DNA of 64,000 bases. It comes from Octopus vulgaris (lineage: Eukaryota). Each line of letters starts with the position of its first letter. Position 1 is the stretch's first letter. Of this stretch, positions 1 through 15,252 are shown piece after piece. A program made the translations under genes and the position numbers. The stretch covers positions 86,428,001 through 86,492,000 of the forward strand of contig OX597817.1 of assembly GCA_951406725.2 (NCBI GenBank), given 5' to 3'. The notes under the pieces are model-generated. The model was not told the DNA's origin and did no database searches. It saw nothing but the letters and a program-made list of their open reading frames with translations.

Positions 1-42
1 TTGCAAGATTCTTTATGTGAGTTCGTGTGTTGAAGCATATTC

Positions 43-291
43 TGTTGTGTCTGGGAAGAGTCATTTTCTTTTTGTGCCTTATAATTTAACACACTCACCG
101 TTAAAAGTTCGACTTATTTCTTATTTTTATTTTCTTATTTTCAATAGTCTTGACTCTCAAGACTATTGAAAAGGTTGCAAGACGCAACGAAAATTTTAGG
201 AAAATAAAAGTAAGAAATAAATGGAAATTTTACCGGTGATTGTGTTAAATTATAAGGCACAAAAAGAAAATGACTCTCCCTAGACACAACA
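43..291. mobile_element. Fold-back (inverted pLTR pair) of a Penelope-like family; right arm carries an HHR-like motif
   Basis: Arms are reverse complements around TTTTCAATAGTCTTGA-CTC-TCAAGACTATTGAAAA; same sequence flanks the GIY-YIG remnant at 12185-14990 and recurs at 16015-16230. Confidence 0.75.
163..199 (+). ncRNA. Minimal type I hammerhead-like motif, U3-A8 variant
   Basis: CUA-UUGAAAA-G-GUUGC/AAGAC/GCAAC-GAAA-AU-UU-UAG: helix II 5 bp, palindromic helix III (AAUU), helix I CUA/UAG. Confidence 0.5.
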
Positions 292-311
292 AACATTTAT
301 AATTGTTTCTA

Positions 312-710
312 GGCGCAGGAGTGTGGTAAATAACTTGCTTACCAACCATATGGTTCCGGGCTCAGTCCCACTGCATGGCACCTTGGGCAAGTGTCTTCTA
401 CTATAGCCTCGGGCTGACCAACGCCTTGTGAGTGGATTTGGTAGACGGAAACTGAAAGAAGCCCGTCGTATATATATATGTGTATGTATGTGTATGCGAT
501 ATGTGTCTTTATGTGTCTGTGTTTGTACTCCCACCATCGCTTGACAACCGATGGTGGTGTGTTTACGTCCCCGTAAATTAGCGGTTCGGCAAAAGTGACC
601 GATAGAATACGTGCTAGGCTTACAATGAATAAGTCCCGGGGTTAATTTGTTGGACTAAAAAGGCGGTGCTCCAGCATGGCCACAGCCAAATGATTGAAAC
701 AAATAAAAGA
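312..710 (+). mobile_element. tRNA-derived CORE-type SINE (family A)
   Basis: A/B-box-like head (TGTGGTAA...GGCTCAGTCCC), CORE-like CACCTTGGGCAAGTGTCTT, internal TA/TG repeat, tail GAAACAAATAAAAGA; many copies in window. Confidence 0.85.
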
Positions 711-719
711 ATAAAACGA

Positions 720-1100
720 AATTCAAATTATAGATAAATAAATTTCTCAGTGTTGATAAATGAATTTCCAAATATTGATAAATGAATTTCTAAAAGCTGA
801 TGGCTATGCTTCCAAATGTAGATAAATGAGTTTGAAAATATAGACAAATAGATGTCCAAATATTGATAAATTTATTTCCGAATTTTGATAAATAAATTTC
901 AAAATATTGATAAATTCATTTCTAAATATTAATAAACGAGTTTCCAAACACAGATTAGTAATTTATCAAATATAGGTACAAGTGTTTCCATATTTAACTA
1001 AGGGAATTTCCAAATATTGATAAATGAGATTCCAAAAACTGACAATTGTGTTTCCAAATATAGATAAATGATTTTTTCAAAATAATGATGACTTTCCAAA
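720..1100. repeat. Degenerate ~22-23 bp minisatellite
   Basis: Recurrent unit approx. TTTCCAAATATTGATAAATGAA. Confidence 0.75.
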
Positions 1101-1105
1101 TTATA

Positions 1106-1282
1106 CGCGCTGGCGTGGCTATGTGGCTTCCAAACCACATGGTTCCGGGTTCAGTCACACTGCGTGGCACCTTGGGCAAGTGTCTTCTGCTATAGCCTCC
1201 GGCCGACCAAAGCTATATAAGTGAATGTGGTTGACGGAAACTGAAAAAATCCCGTCGTGTGTATGTATATATATATATTTTG

Positions 1283-1318
<36 letters not shown>

Positions 1319-1530
1319 ATCTTTGTGTCTGTGTTTCTCCCGCCATCACTGCTTGACAACCGGTGTTCGTATCATTACATCCCCGTAGCTTCTCGGTTCG
1401 GCAAAAGAGTCCGATACAATAAGTACTAGGCTTAAAAAATATGTCTTGCGGTCGATTTGTTTGACTAAAACCCTTCATGGTAGTACTCCAGCATGGCTGC
1501 AGTCAAATGACAGACACAAGTAAAAAATAA
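1106..1530 (+). mobile_element. SINE family A copy
   Basis: Near-identical to 312-710. Confidence 0.85.
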
Positions 1531-1548
1531 AAATGTAAAAGTATAAAA

Positions 1549-1604
<56 letters not shown>

Positions 1605-1635
1605 ATGTATATATATGTGTGTGTATATATATATG

Positions 1636-1674
<39 letters not shown>

Positions 1675-2078
1675 TAGATAGATAGATAGATATATATATA
1701 CATATCGTTGTTATGTTAAACTACCGTATGTCCAAATTTGGCCAAATGCGTCTTTCGGGGGGTTTTTTTCAATATTTAATTTTGCTTGCAATAGCCGGTT
1801 CTTTCGGTCAAACTATCGTATCTCCAGCTGCTTCAGATGAAAATTGTCAAAGTATAGTAGAACGGTTTAGCATTTTTCAAAAGTGTAGTAAGCCCCATAT
1901 AAGACAGTTTTGCAAAAATATTTCAGACTGAAAACATCATACATGCATGGAGTTTTGATTTTATGTACCAAACACAGTATTGTTGTTAAGCTAAAGCTGT
2001 TGCTGATGTAAAAAGAATTAGAATAGTGAAACTATTTTTTCGTTTTCCGAAAAAGCAATGTTTTGAACTTAGCAACGA

Positions 2079-2112
<34 letters not shown>

Positions 2113-2113
<1 letters not shown>

Positions 2114-2310
2114 TTAATCCAAGCATGAACAGGCAAGAAAAACAACAACGCGAGGACGTGGAATAAGTACAGTGTTGTTGGACGCCCAGGAAAGGAAAGA
2201 AATGAAAGAGGATTTAACGTTTCGAGCGGAGCTCATCGTCAGAAATATAGAAAAAGTTCAAAGAAGTGAAGACGGAGAAAGAAGATCGCCAACGATACAC
2301 ACGCGGTCAC
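2113..2310 (-). mobile_element. Short HHR-bearing interspersed repeat (pLTR-like)
   Basis: Reverse complement of 32455-32652; contains HHR core. Confidence 0.7.
2212..2246 (-). ncRNA. Minimal type I hammerhead ribozyme
   Basis: Minus strand AUUU-CUGACGA-U-GAGC/UCC/GCUC-GAAA-CG-UU-AAAU; intact core, palindromic ACGU helix III. Confidence 0.7.
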
Positions 2311-2334
2311 ATACACACACACACACACACACAC

Positions 2335-2398
<64 letters not shown>

Positions 2399-2399
2399 T

Positions 2400-3437
2400 A
2401 CCAAGATGCTTCTTCCATCGATGTTGCAGTGCTTAGATCCCACTGGTGAAGAGGTTTTCATCCTGTTGATTAAAAGAGTCAACAGTAGATATGACGTCAT
2501 CACTGCGGTACTGGTTCCTCGCCAAGTGTTTTTCATGTTGTGGGACAGATGATAGTCAAATAGGGCCAAATCAGGAGGATAAGGACGCTTTCATCAGATT
2601 TTTGGGGCATTTGGTATTGATACCCTGTTTGAAGATGGTCCTTTTGAAGATGGTCATAATGCCCTTTGCGTCCCAAAAATCTGAGACAATCACCTCTTTA
2701 GCAGATGAAATGACCTTGGCCATAGTTGGAACAGGTGTTTCCACTGAATGAATTATTTCTTTGTCTCTGGCTGAAAGCGATGAACCCAACACTCATCCTG
2801 GGTTAGGAAACGTTCAAGGAATTCAACTGGATTTCCCTCAGTCAAATTTCAGGTTTTCTTGTGATCATCCTCGTGCGCTTGTGATCAGGTACCAGAAGAC
2901 GTGGATCCCACCAAACAGAAATCATCATCATGACAAGTTCATTGTGCAGAATATTCTCAACTCTCGCGCGAGATATGCTAATAGCATTGGCCATTCGATT
3001 TACAGTCAGCTGCCTGTCATCCATGCGGTGCACACGATCAACGTTTTCCTCGGTGGTGGCAGCTGCATGATGGCCAGACCTTGGGTCATCTTCAAGACTC
3101 TCCCTTCCGCTCCTAAATTCATCAGCCCACTTGTACACTGTTGATAACGCTGCGTCACGTCCTAATGTAACAACCATGTCAGTATAAATATCATTGCTAG
3201 TTTAACCTTTTTTCTGCAGGTACTTGATAACACCACCATGCCAATTTTTTTCCATTTTCAAGAGAAGTCGCTGTTAATTAGTTTTGAAGTATTCTTTGAA
3301 TAGTCAGGTCTCAGTTTACCGGGAAAGAAACAATGCAGTTTTAATACGAAGTGTTGTAATTACAGCACGCAAGATTTCACAGTTCTAGCATCAATCCTTC
3401 ATTATCGGCCTATGGACTTTTCCATCAACACCGCTAT
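2400..3437 (-). mobile_element. Degenerate mariner transposon
   Basis: Fragments STVYKWADEFRSGRESLEDDPRSG, WDPRLL (WVPR-like) and FWDAKGI in ORFs 2842-3177 and 2571-2792; frameshifted. Confidence 0.85.
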
Positions 3438-4091
3438 GTCACTTGTATTTTACAGCGATCTTTCATAAAAATCGATAAAATACTTTAAAGGCGAAAACAA
3501 TATATAGTTCTCATTTATTCATGATACAGTCTTTTGACATTTAACAATTTAAACGAATATTAAGCCTCATTGAAGTGAGCTTTAGATTTGCATTTATTTA
3601 TCTCTAATGACTAAATCAATATTTCATAGAGAAATTATATAAAAATTATTTCAAAGTTACATTTTTTACTCTCTGTACATAAATATGCCACCAAGAATCG
3701 TTTGTTCTTTCGTTAGACTGTTGCCATATGATCGAACAAAATGAAGACACCCCAATGGTTCCAGGACTTTTGATGGAAGAATTGTGTACAGCCTATACAA
3801 TACAGCAGTGGAGCAAAACAACATCAACGCACCACTTAGTTATATGTGTGTATGTGTGTTTATCATATGTATGAATACATATATATATATATATATATAT
3901 GTGTGTCTGTATGAGTGTATGTTTGTGTATGTATATATATATGGGAGAGAGAGACAAAAACGCCAAAACTGACGGAGACAGAGAAAGGTTGATAGATAGT
4001 TATAGATTGATAAATTGATAGATAGGTGGGTATATAGAGTCAGACAGAGTCACAGAAAATCAGACTGACGTCAGACATATAGCTACTTGAT

Positions 4092-4204
<113 letters not shown>

Positions 4205-4721
4205 CAACTGAAGCCAATAAAGTAGATGCTATTTGATATAAGACTGTTAGTAGTAACCTTAAACAGACGAGACTTCATTATGTCCTCGAGCCAAATGTTC
4301 TACAATTTCTATTTCCTTATTTGCTATAATGAACTTCACATCGAATTGATGAATGTCTCTCAAGTTCCTATAAACAGAATCTCACACGATTTATTTTAGT
4401 TTACACCTTTTGGTATTTAGTACACTTAATTGTTTGACATTGTTCGTTTTGGTTTCATTGTAAACTAGCAGCTGGCCATGCTGATAGAATACCGCTTCTA
4501 ATGGCTTCGTATTTCATTACTGTTGCTGCTTTGACTCTGGGAAAGATATTTAACCTTTTATAGCTAAGTTCGTTTAAAAAAGTATAATTCTTTTGAATGA
4601 ACTTGGCTGTAGAAAATTAATTACTCTTGCAACACCTTCCAGGCTCCGATAATATTGTCTTTCTTTTGTGTGATATTTATTTTTCGATCTGAGTATTTCC
4701 TATGTAGCACAATGTATTGGT

Positions 4722-5010
4722 GAAATCGTGTGGCTTAGTGGGTAGTGTATTCTGTTCACGATCGTAAGGTAGTGAGTTCGATTCCCGGCGACGCATTGTG
4801 TCCTTGAGTAAAACGCTCTATTTCCACGTTACTCCACTTTGTTACTTTCGGTGTGTCACCCTGAATCTCCCTGATAACTATGTTAAGAGGACGCGTGTCT
4901 GTGGAGTACTCCGCTACTTGTACGTTAATTTCAGGAGCAGGGTGTACCGTTGATCGGAACAACGGGAGCACTGGTCGTCGGTCGTCGTAACCGAAGGAGT
5001 GCCCAGCCAC
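4722..5010 (+). mobile_element. tRNA-derived SINE (family C)
   Basis: TGGCTTAGTGGG A-box, GAGTTCGATTCCC B-box, TGTGTCCTTGAG CORE/V-like block. Confidence 0.7.
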
Positions 5011-5376
5011 AGTGTATTGATCTGATTGTAGTTCAGATATTATTTAGACAAGCTTATTAATATGGCCAACTGTGTCTAGCAAGAGATAGATTCTCACAAG
5101 TCTACATCGCAACACAGTTTCAATCCCCGGCTGGAATCATAACACACACACAAACACTCATACACGCATATATATATATATATATATATACAAGATAAGA
5201 AAATGGAGAAATAAATCTAAATCAAATATCAAGCCCATATAATACAGTAAATGAATTAATTGCATCGCAATCATTAGCATTTATGTATTAACTTTGTTGG
5301 GTACTTCACTAGCAGTATATTGGATATATGTTATCCCATGGAGGGTTGCTTTTACAACCCCTATCTCAATTTGAAA

Positions 5377-5414
<38 letters not shown>

Positions 5415-5420
<6 letters not shown>

Positions 5421-5467
5421 CATTCATGTTGTATATACATATATATATATATGTATAACATTCATGT

Positions 5468-5512
<45 letters not shown>

Positions 5513-5567
5513 AACATTCATGTTGTTATATATATATATATATATATATATATAACATTCATGTTGT
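5415..5567. repeat. Tandem ATAACATTCATGTTGT units interleaved with (TA)n
   Basis: Four copies separated by variable TA runs. Confidence 0.8.
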
Positions 5568-6216
5568 TCTAAGTAAAAGTATATGCATAAATATTTCAAA
5601 ACCATTCATTCCTTACTGTGTCAGCTCAGCTGTCACTTATCTCAGTTTTCCTTGACTCAGTTAACGCTTCTACGGCTCACTTCTTGCCGTTCTAAGAAAT
5701 ACAGTGAACAGTGGCCATAAAATTGTAAAATTGTTAGCTAGACACATCGCCATACTCAGCTGGTATGTGACATCATTAGGAATCGTGAATGACATAGTGT
5801 AATCGCTATTATTATGTAGTCGCTGACAGTTATTGACATACTTGCGGATCCCACTAGGAATTCCTAGGATGTAAGATGTGGAGAGCGAATGAGAGAACGA
5901 GAGAGAGACAAACAAACAGACAGATACACTCAGACAGAAAGACAGAAAGACAGACAGACAGGCAGGCAGGCAAACTGGCAAGCAGGCAGACAGAGACGGT
6001 GAGGTAGAGATACGGAGAGAAAGAAAGAGTTGACCCAGCATGCGACTCATCTTGTCGATCTTGACCCCGAGAGGGCAAAGTTAATCTCGAAGGGAATTAT
6101 ACTCTCAGTGCAGACAGCCAGAAGGAATATCGCAACGCATATAATCCGACACTCTAACAACTCAGTCAATCGACAGCCTTGTCTGTCAGTCACCTTGTCT
6201 ATCTATCTCTCACTCC

Positions 6217-6968
<752 letters not shown>

Positions 6969-7044
6969 TATACATAGCGCAGTAGTGGTGAGATGTGACA
7001 GCAAAGAAAAGCATACATTCACTCTCTGCATGCAATTAGACTCG

Positions 7045-7575
7045 GAAAGTTCGTGAGGAACCCATTGACCCAATTTGCTGACTTTTCCGATAGCACACAG
7101 GTGTCAATGAATGGTTGAATGACCAAATCCAAGCTTGTCTGCTAGTTCCTCAACAGTTACAATGAGATTTTGTTCCACCAGGGTTTTCAGGATGTCCTTG
7201 TCGAGTTCTATAGATCTTTCAGGATGAGGCTCGTCTTCTAGGCTGTAGTTTATGGCTCGGAATTTCTGGAACCACCATTGACACTGCCTTACGCTTATTA
7301 TCCAATCCCCATATACTGCATTAATATTTCTTGTACTTTCCGTTGCGTTGTTGTCTTTATTGAACTCATAAAGCAAAATATGCCAAATATGCTCCTTTGT
7401 TACTTCCAATATAGCTTTGAAAAAAATAGCTGTTAAAATCGAAATGCACTCTTCAAAACTTGCACTATGAATAAGGACAAGATAAAATTACTACCTGCTT
7501 TTATAGCAAGTTAATATAAGTAGTTTATCCCATTCCCCTCTGACTTTTAGTTTAAGCTGTTGAAAAAACCGCATT
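7045..7575 (-). pseudogene. 5' fragment of mariner transposase with one TIR
   Basis: ORF 7104-7409 MEVTKEHIWHILLYEF...QWWFQKFRA...LEDEP; continues to the WVPH motif (TGGGTTCCTCAC on minus), then truncated. Confidence 0.85.
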
Positions 7576-7706
7576 ATTATATATATATACATACATACAT
7601 ACATACATACATATACACACACACTCTCTCTCTCACACACATGCACACATTTATATTCTGTTATTCGTTTATATGTTTCAGCCTTGAGGTTGTGGCCATG
7701 CTGGAT

Positions 7707-7739
<33 letters not shown>

Positions 7740-8479
7740 CTATCTGTCTGTCTGTCTGTATGTATATATGTATATGTATGTGTGTGAACAATAATATTTT
7801 CAACAGATGTGTTGCAAATGTATCTGATTGTTCTCAAGCTTCAATACTGTGTGTGTGTGTATGTGTGTGTGTGTGTATGTATGTATGTATATGTATGTAT
7901 GTATGTATATGTATGTATGTATGTGTGTATGTATGTATGTGTGTGTATGTATGTGTGTGTGTGTGTATGTGTGTGTGTATGTATGTATGTATGTATGTAT
8001 GTATGTATGTATGTATGTATGTATGAGTGTATGTTTACTTTATTACTAACACAAGCCACTACGGTTATTTAATGTAAAGTCTTCCTCAAATCACTCTCTG
8101 TCGCTATTTACTCTCTTCCAAGAACATTTTCACTCACTTTTATGTGTTAGCTTCCCATACATTTTACTCATGTATCTATCAGCGTCATAGACAGAAACAA
8201 ATATTACATCTAGTTTCACTTTATTCGTTGCACACTGTGTGTGTGCATTTGCGTGTGGTGTAAACCAGACTAAGAAAAGCATTTGACACACACACCAGAA
8301 TGTGAGTTTTCTGTAAATTTTGCTTAATTGGAGTTTAAATTTTAAAAAACTGGACCTGGCATGACGCGATGCATTGTACTCTCAAAAATGCTAGGTAAAT
8401 TGTAATTGAAGAAATCCTATATTGTAGATTTGTATAACTCCCAAAGGGAGGCAGATAAAATCTGCCTTTTATAATAAGA

Positions 8480-10032
8480 CTAGCAGTATCGCCCGGCGTT
8501 GCTCGGCGTTGTAAGGGAAATAACTATATAAGCATTTTTAGAGAGTTATAGCCAAAAAATAGCAAAAAAATGCATTAAAAATTGAAAAAAAATTAAGGTA
8601 ATTTTTTTTTTTAATCGTTGACACATCGTAGATATTTTTAGAGAGTTACTTCCCTTATATAAAAGCGAAAAAAATGCATTAAAATTGAAAAATATGATGG
8701 TAAATTTTTTTTAAATCGTAGACTCATCGTAGACGCGCGCTAATACCCAGAAGGGCTCGATATGAATCACGACTATAAGATACCCTTTTTTGGTTAAACT
8801 GCACCGCAAAATGTGGGAGTAGTTACGAATCTAAATCGTAGGAGACAGACACACAACTTCACTCTTATATAAAGATGCTTTTTTTTTCAGTCATAGAGTT
8901 AGATTTATGAAGGTCTTCAGTAGAAAATCCTTCGAATTCTGACTCGCTGCTTGATATAATGAAATTCGTATCCATTTTTTGTCAGAATTACAAATTTTGA
9001 AAACACAATAGGAACAAATTTCGGAAAAAAAATCTCCCATAATTCACGGAATTAAAATTACACTTCGATTTTTGTACAAAACTGTAGTTGAAGTGTTTAC
9101 GAAGTATAATACGTGTTTTCACGAATGTACTAAAGAGATTTGCTCTGATATTCTCATTTAAATATGAATAGGTAAATTCGGGCGGCTTGGTAACTATATA
9201 TAAGTGTCGTCTGTTTATACATAAACACTGTTTCATACTGCAATTATGTATACATATATCTATATATAATATTATATAATAAAATATATACAGAGTAAAA
9301 TAAAAACCAATTTACCTTTTCTGTCCTCCGTGTGTCTTTGCAAATGTGTTGGAATGATAAGTGAGTTGTGTTTTTGCGCCTTTTTTACTAATAACAAACA
9401 CACACGTGTTTGTATGTAGTTGTATGTGTATGTAGTTGTATATGTATGTGTATGCGTGTGTGTGAGGAATGACACACACACACTCTCGCAAGCACACATG
9501 TACATCAATGCTTTCGGAGTGATATGTTAAAATATTGAGTTTTCTCGAATTTTGTCTTAATTGGGGGTGAAATTGAAAGAAATATATTATGGCATGAGCG
9601 AATGGAGTACTTTGAAAAATCTTAGGTAAATTCTAATTGAAGAAATTGTGTGAGGACTAAATGGTTATGTATTTATTTGTTTCTGTTTGCTGTGTTTTTT
9701 TATTTTTTGAGTAGTGGTTTAATTACTTTCAGTTTAGGCTTCCTCAAATCACTCTGTCGCTATTTACTTTCATTTTATTCGTTGCCCACTGTGTGTGTGC
9801 GTTTGCGTGTGGTGTAAACCAGACTAAGAAAAGCATTTGACACACACACAAGAATGTGAGTTTTCTGTAAATTTTGCTTAATTGGAGTTTAAATTTTAAA
9901 AACTGGACCTGGCATGACGCAATGCATTGTACTCTTAAAAATGCAAGGTAAATTGTAATTAAAGAAATCCTATATTGTAGATTTGTATAACTCCCAAAGG
10001 GAGGCAGATAAAATCTGCCTTTTATAATAAGA
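8480..10032 (-). mobile_element. Composite Helitron unit type 2 (inner core 8480-8875)
   Basis: 3' hairpin+CTAG at 8480, inner TC end at 8875, outer TCTTATTATAAAAGG end at 10032; largely repeated at 18507-19664. Confidence 0.75.
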
Positions 10033-11572
10033 CTAGCAGTATCGCCCGGCGTTGCTCGGGTTTGTAAGGGAAATAACTATATAAGCATTTTTAGAGAGTT
10101 TTAGCCAAAAAATAGCAAAAAATGCATTAAAAATGGAAAAAATATGATGGTAAATTTTTTTTAAATCGTTGACTCATCGTAGACATTTTTAGAGAGTTAC
10201 TTCCCTTATATAATAGCGAAAAAATGCATTAAAATGGGAAAAAACGATGGTAAATTTTTTTTTAAATCGTAGACTCATGTAGACGCTTTCTTAGCCATTT
10301 CTGTTTTGGTGTCTTCAAGCCATGAAGTCGCTGTTCTAAAAGAACGCTGGTCTCCTTGACAACGCATTACGACGTTGATTTCCTTACACTCCCTTCCCCA
10401 CAGGTGCATGTGTGAGCGTAGACGCCAACTCCGCCGCCATCGACACACGAAAAATTATGCATTAAAATGGAATAAAAAATGATGTTAAATTATTTTTAAA
10501 ATCGTAGACTCATCGTAGACGCGCGCTAATACTCAGACGGGCTCGATATGAATCACGACTATAAGCTACCCGAATTTGGTTAAACTGCACCGCAAAATGT
10601 GGGAGTAGTTAGGAATCTAAATCGAAGGGGACAGACACTCACACAACTACAGTTTTATATATATAGATATACATAGCGCAGTAGTGGTGAGATGTGACAG
10701 CAAAGAAAAGCATACATTCACTCTCTGCATGCAATTAGACTCGGAAAGTTCGTGAGGAACCCATTGACCCAATTTGCTGACTTTTCCGATAGCACACAGG
10801 TGTCAATGAATGGTTGAATGACCAAATCCAAGCTTGTCTGCTAGTTCCTCAACAGTTACGATGAGATTTTGTTCCACCAGGGTTTTCAGGATGTCCTTGT
10901 CGAGTTCTACAGATCTTTCAGGATGAGGCTCGTCTTCTAGGCTGTAGTTTATGGCTCGGAATTTCTGGAACCACCATTGACACTGCCTTATGCTTATTGT
11001 CCAATCCCCATATACTGCATTAATATTTCTTGTACTTTCCGTTGCGTTGTTGTCTTTATTGAACTCATAAAGCAAAATATGCCAAATATGCTCCTTTGTT
11101 ACTTCCAATATAGCTTTGAAAAAAATAGCTGTTAAAATCGAAATGCACTCTTCAAAACTTGCACTATGAATAAGGACAAGATAAAATTACTACCTGCTTT
11201 TATAGCAAGTTAATATAAGTAGTTTATCCCATTCCCCTCTGACTTTTAGTTCAAGCTGTTGAAAAAACCGCATTATTATATATATATACATACATACATA
11301 CATACATATACACACACACTCTCTCTCTCACACACATGCACACATTTATATTCTGTTATTGTTTTATACGTTTCAGCCTTGAGGTTGTGGCCATGCTGGA
11401 TCATGTGTGTGTGTGTGTGTCTATCTGTCTGTCTGTCTGTATGTATATATGTATATGTATGTGTGTGAACAACAATATTTTCAACAGATGTGTTGCAAAT
11501 GTATCTGATTGTTCTCAAGCTTCAATACTGTGTGTGTGTGTATGTATGTATGTATGTATGTATGTATGTATG

Positions 11573-11604
<32 letters not shown>

Positions 11605-12154
11605 TGTGTGTATGTATGTATGTGTGTGTATGTATGTATGTGTGTGAGTATGTGTGTGTATGTATGTATGTATGTATGTATGAGTGTATGTTTACTTTAT
11701 TACTAACACAAGCCACTACGGTTATTTACTGTAAAGTCTTCCTCAAATCACTCTCTCTGGCTATTTACTCTCTTCCAAGAACATTTTCACTCACTCTTAT
11801 CTGTTAGCTTCCCATACATTTTACTCATGTATCTATCAGCGTCATAGTCGTCATCGCATTCTATTGTCTACCTGTCAACACACTGAATTAGTTTCACTTT
11901 ATTCGTAGCACACTGTGTGTGTGCGTTTGCGTGTGGTGTAAACCAGACTAAGAAAAGCATTTGACACACACACCAGAATGTGAGTTTTCTGTAAATTTTG
12001 CTTAATTGGAGTTTAAATTTTAAAAACTGGACCTGGCATGACGCGATGCATTGTACTCTTAAAAATGCTAGGTAAATTGTAATTGAAGAAATCCTATATT
12101 GTAGATTTGTATAACTCCCCAAAGGGAGGCAGATAAAATCTGCCTTTTATAATA

Positions 12155-12157
<3 letters not shown>
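10033..12157 (-). mobile_element. Composite Helitron unit with captured mariner fragment (copy 2)
   Basis: Near-identical to 6332-8479, including ORF 10803-11108. Confidence 0.75.
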
Positions 12158-12185
<28 letters not shown>

Positions 12186-12507
12186 CACTTCATTTTTGGA
12201 CTTGGTTTGCAAAATTCTTAAATATGACTTCGTGTGCTGAAACATATTTTGTTGTTTCTGTGAAGAGTCATTCTCTTTTAGTACTTTATTATTTGACACA
12301 CACACACACCGGTAAAGTTCCCACTCATTTACTTATTTATTTTCCCTCAGTAGTCGTTGACTTTGTCCGTTATCCGAGCAGCGTTCTTTTTATTTGTTTG
12401 TGCGCATGTGTGTGGGTCATTATATACACATGGATGTATATATGTATGTATGTATTTATGTATGTATTCTGTATATTCATGTCTGTATGTTCGTGTTTGT
12501 ATGTTTT

Positions 12508-12545
<38 letters not shown>

Positions 12546-12785
12546 TTTCCTTGTGTGTATGTCTTAGTGTGTCTGTGTATGGGTTTTGTGACTATGTACA
12601 GTGTCTGTATGTATGGATGTGTGTCTCCAATGTGTCTGTGTATATAGTCATGTGTTTCAGTCTTCATTTGCGTATGTATGTGTGTATGTTTGCTGGTCTG
12701 TTCATATTACCTATGTACCTATCCGTCTGTATGTATATCTGTTTACATTCATATCCATTTGCCTACATACATGTGCATATATATG

Positions 12786-12961
<176 letters not shown>

Positions 12962-13097
12962 GTATACGTATACGTATACATATACACATACATACACACA
13001 TACATAACAGTCAACTAACTATTCTGCCTGTATATAAATATAAGCTGTGGGTATGATTACCTACTACGTATATTTCCTATTTAGTACTGGGGATGTT

Positions 13098-13925
13098 TTA
13101 TTTATGAGGACGTACTCCTATATTTGTCTGAGGGTTGGGTGCTTGGATAAAATGTAAAATGCGGATGTCAAGTTGACGCACGTTGCCTCCAGGTTGGTCC
13201 TTGACGTGTTGGTAAAATATGGAGGACTGTTTTTTGTCGTCATATTGTCTCAAATGCTCATTTAGTCTTTCCGCAATGCTCCTAGTTGTGTCTCCTATGT
13301 ATGACATGTTCATGTCTTTACAAGCACCTTCTATGCACCTTATGCTGTAGACTACATTTCTAGTTCTACAGTTAATGCCAGAGTTAATCCTACATACCAT
13401 GCAGTTATCACTGGTGCATATCGTATTGTCAAATGGTACGTCCTACATAGTTGTGATCTGATGGAGTTGCCTGGCTTTTCAACGATCTTAATGTTGAGTT
13501 TGGTCTCCTTCAGACCTTTCCTTAATCGACGAGCTAGTTCTCCATGGGTTGTGGCCTCAACAAACATCACTCCTTGACATTTGTCGGTTTTGTATCACGT
13601 ATTCACCCTGTTTGCTTCGTCACAAACTCTTTGTATTCTATTTCAGTCTTCACTTCTATATCTAAAGCAGGGACCACTGGTTTCATTATATATAATGTTA
13701 TTTAACTTCTTTCTAGCTCTCCGGTATACTCGAATCCTATTTTTCTGATCATATCCAGAGAATTGCTTCTGGTGCATGAAGTTCTGTACATGTTTTTTTC
13801 GTTTCATAAGGTTTGCATAGTGGGGACACTTTGTTCATTATCCTAAGTCTGCTATCAGTATGTTGATTTTCATGTTGTGTGACAAAGCTGAGGTCTTGTG
13901 AACAACATATTTCGAAGCCATGGGT
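13098..13925 (-). pseudogene. PLE RT-thumb/linker/GIY-YIG endonuclease remnant (Neptune-like)
   Basis: QFSGYDQ, MFVEATTHGELARRL...IVEKPG, CRTRNVVYSIRC...YIGDTTRSIAERLNEH; frameshifted. Confidence 0.85.
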
Positions 13926-14864
13926 TCATGTAATAGGATTGGATGAGATCCACTCTGTATACATGTATACATACATACATGCATGCTTAGATACATACAT
14001 ACATACATACATGCATACATACATACATACATACATACATACATACATACATACATACATACATACATACAATGAAACATCCCCGGTTCTAAATAGGAAA
14101 TATACGTAGTAGGTAATCATACCCACCCCCATACCCACAGTTTATATTTATATACAGGTAGAATAGATAGTGAGCTGATATGCAGATGTTCGCGTGTGTG
14201 TGTGTTTGTGTGTGTGTATGCGTCTATGTATATGCACTTGTACGTAGGCAAATGGATATTAATGTAAACAGACAGTCATACAGACGAATAGGTACGTAAG
14301 TAATATGAACTGGCAAGTGCTCATACACACATACGCAAATGAAGATCGAAACAGATGACCATAAACACACACACTTCACTTCACACAAGGACACATATGG
14401 AGACATACATCCATACATGCAGATACTGTACATACTCTCAAAAACCCATGCAAAGACACACTCCGACATGCACACACAAGGAGACAGAGGTACACACAAA
14501 CACACACGCAAACACACACGGACATAAAAAATACATACGCACATAAAAAGCACACAGACACAAACATACAAACACATGAATATGCAGAATACATACATAC
14601 GAAAGTACACGCATACATACAGATATACATACGCACTCGCGCACACACACACATACATGCATACATATATACATACATGATGGCTGCCCCCTCGTTATCG
14701 AATATGGCGATTGCACGAAGCTTAACGAACATACATACATACATACATACATACATACATACATACATACATACATACATGTGTATGCGCACACACATTG
14801 ACCCACATACATGCGCACAAACAAACAAAAAGAACGCAGCTCAGATAACGGACAAAGTCAACGA

Positions 14865-14901
14865 CTATTGAAAAGGTTGCGAAACGCAACGAAAATTTGA
14901 G
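14865..14901 (+). ncRNA. Hammerhead-like motif, U3-A8 variant
   Basis: CUA-UUGAAAA-G-GUUGC/GAAAC/GCAAC-GAAA-AUUU; same family as 163-199. Confidence 0.45.
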
Positions 14902-15014
14902 GAAAAATAGATAAATAAATGGATGGGAACTTTACCGGTGAGTGTGTTAAATTATAAGGCACTAAAAGAGAATGACTCTCCTCAGACATAAATATGTGTG
15001 TGTGTATGTGTATG

Positions 15015-15069
<55 letters not shown>

Positions 15070-15252
15070 ATGTATATATTCATATATATATATATACGTA
15101 TATATATATATAGTTATATATCTATAACTATAGGTGTGTATGTAGGAAAGAGAGTATGTTTGTCTGTAATACATGTATACTTACACATACGGACGTACCT
15201 ATGTATATCCAAAAAATATACACACGTACAGAAACACATGCATACATAGGTA

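Noticed and set aside
312-400. tRNA-like A/B boxes
   Set aside because: SINE heads, not cloverleaf tRNA genes.
720-1100. CRISPR-like periodic array
   Set aside because: Eukaryotic context, no unique spacers, no cas genes.
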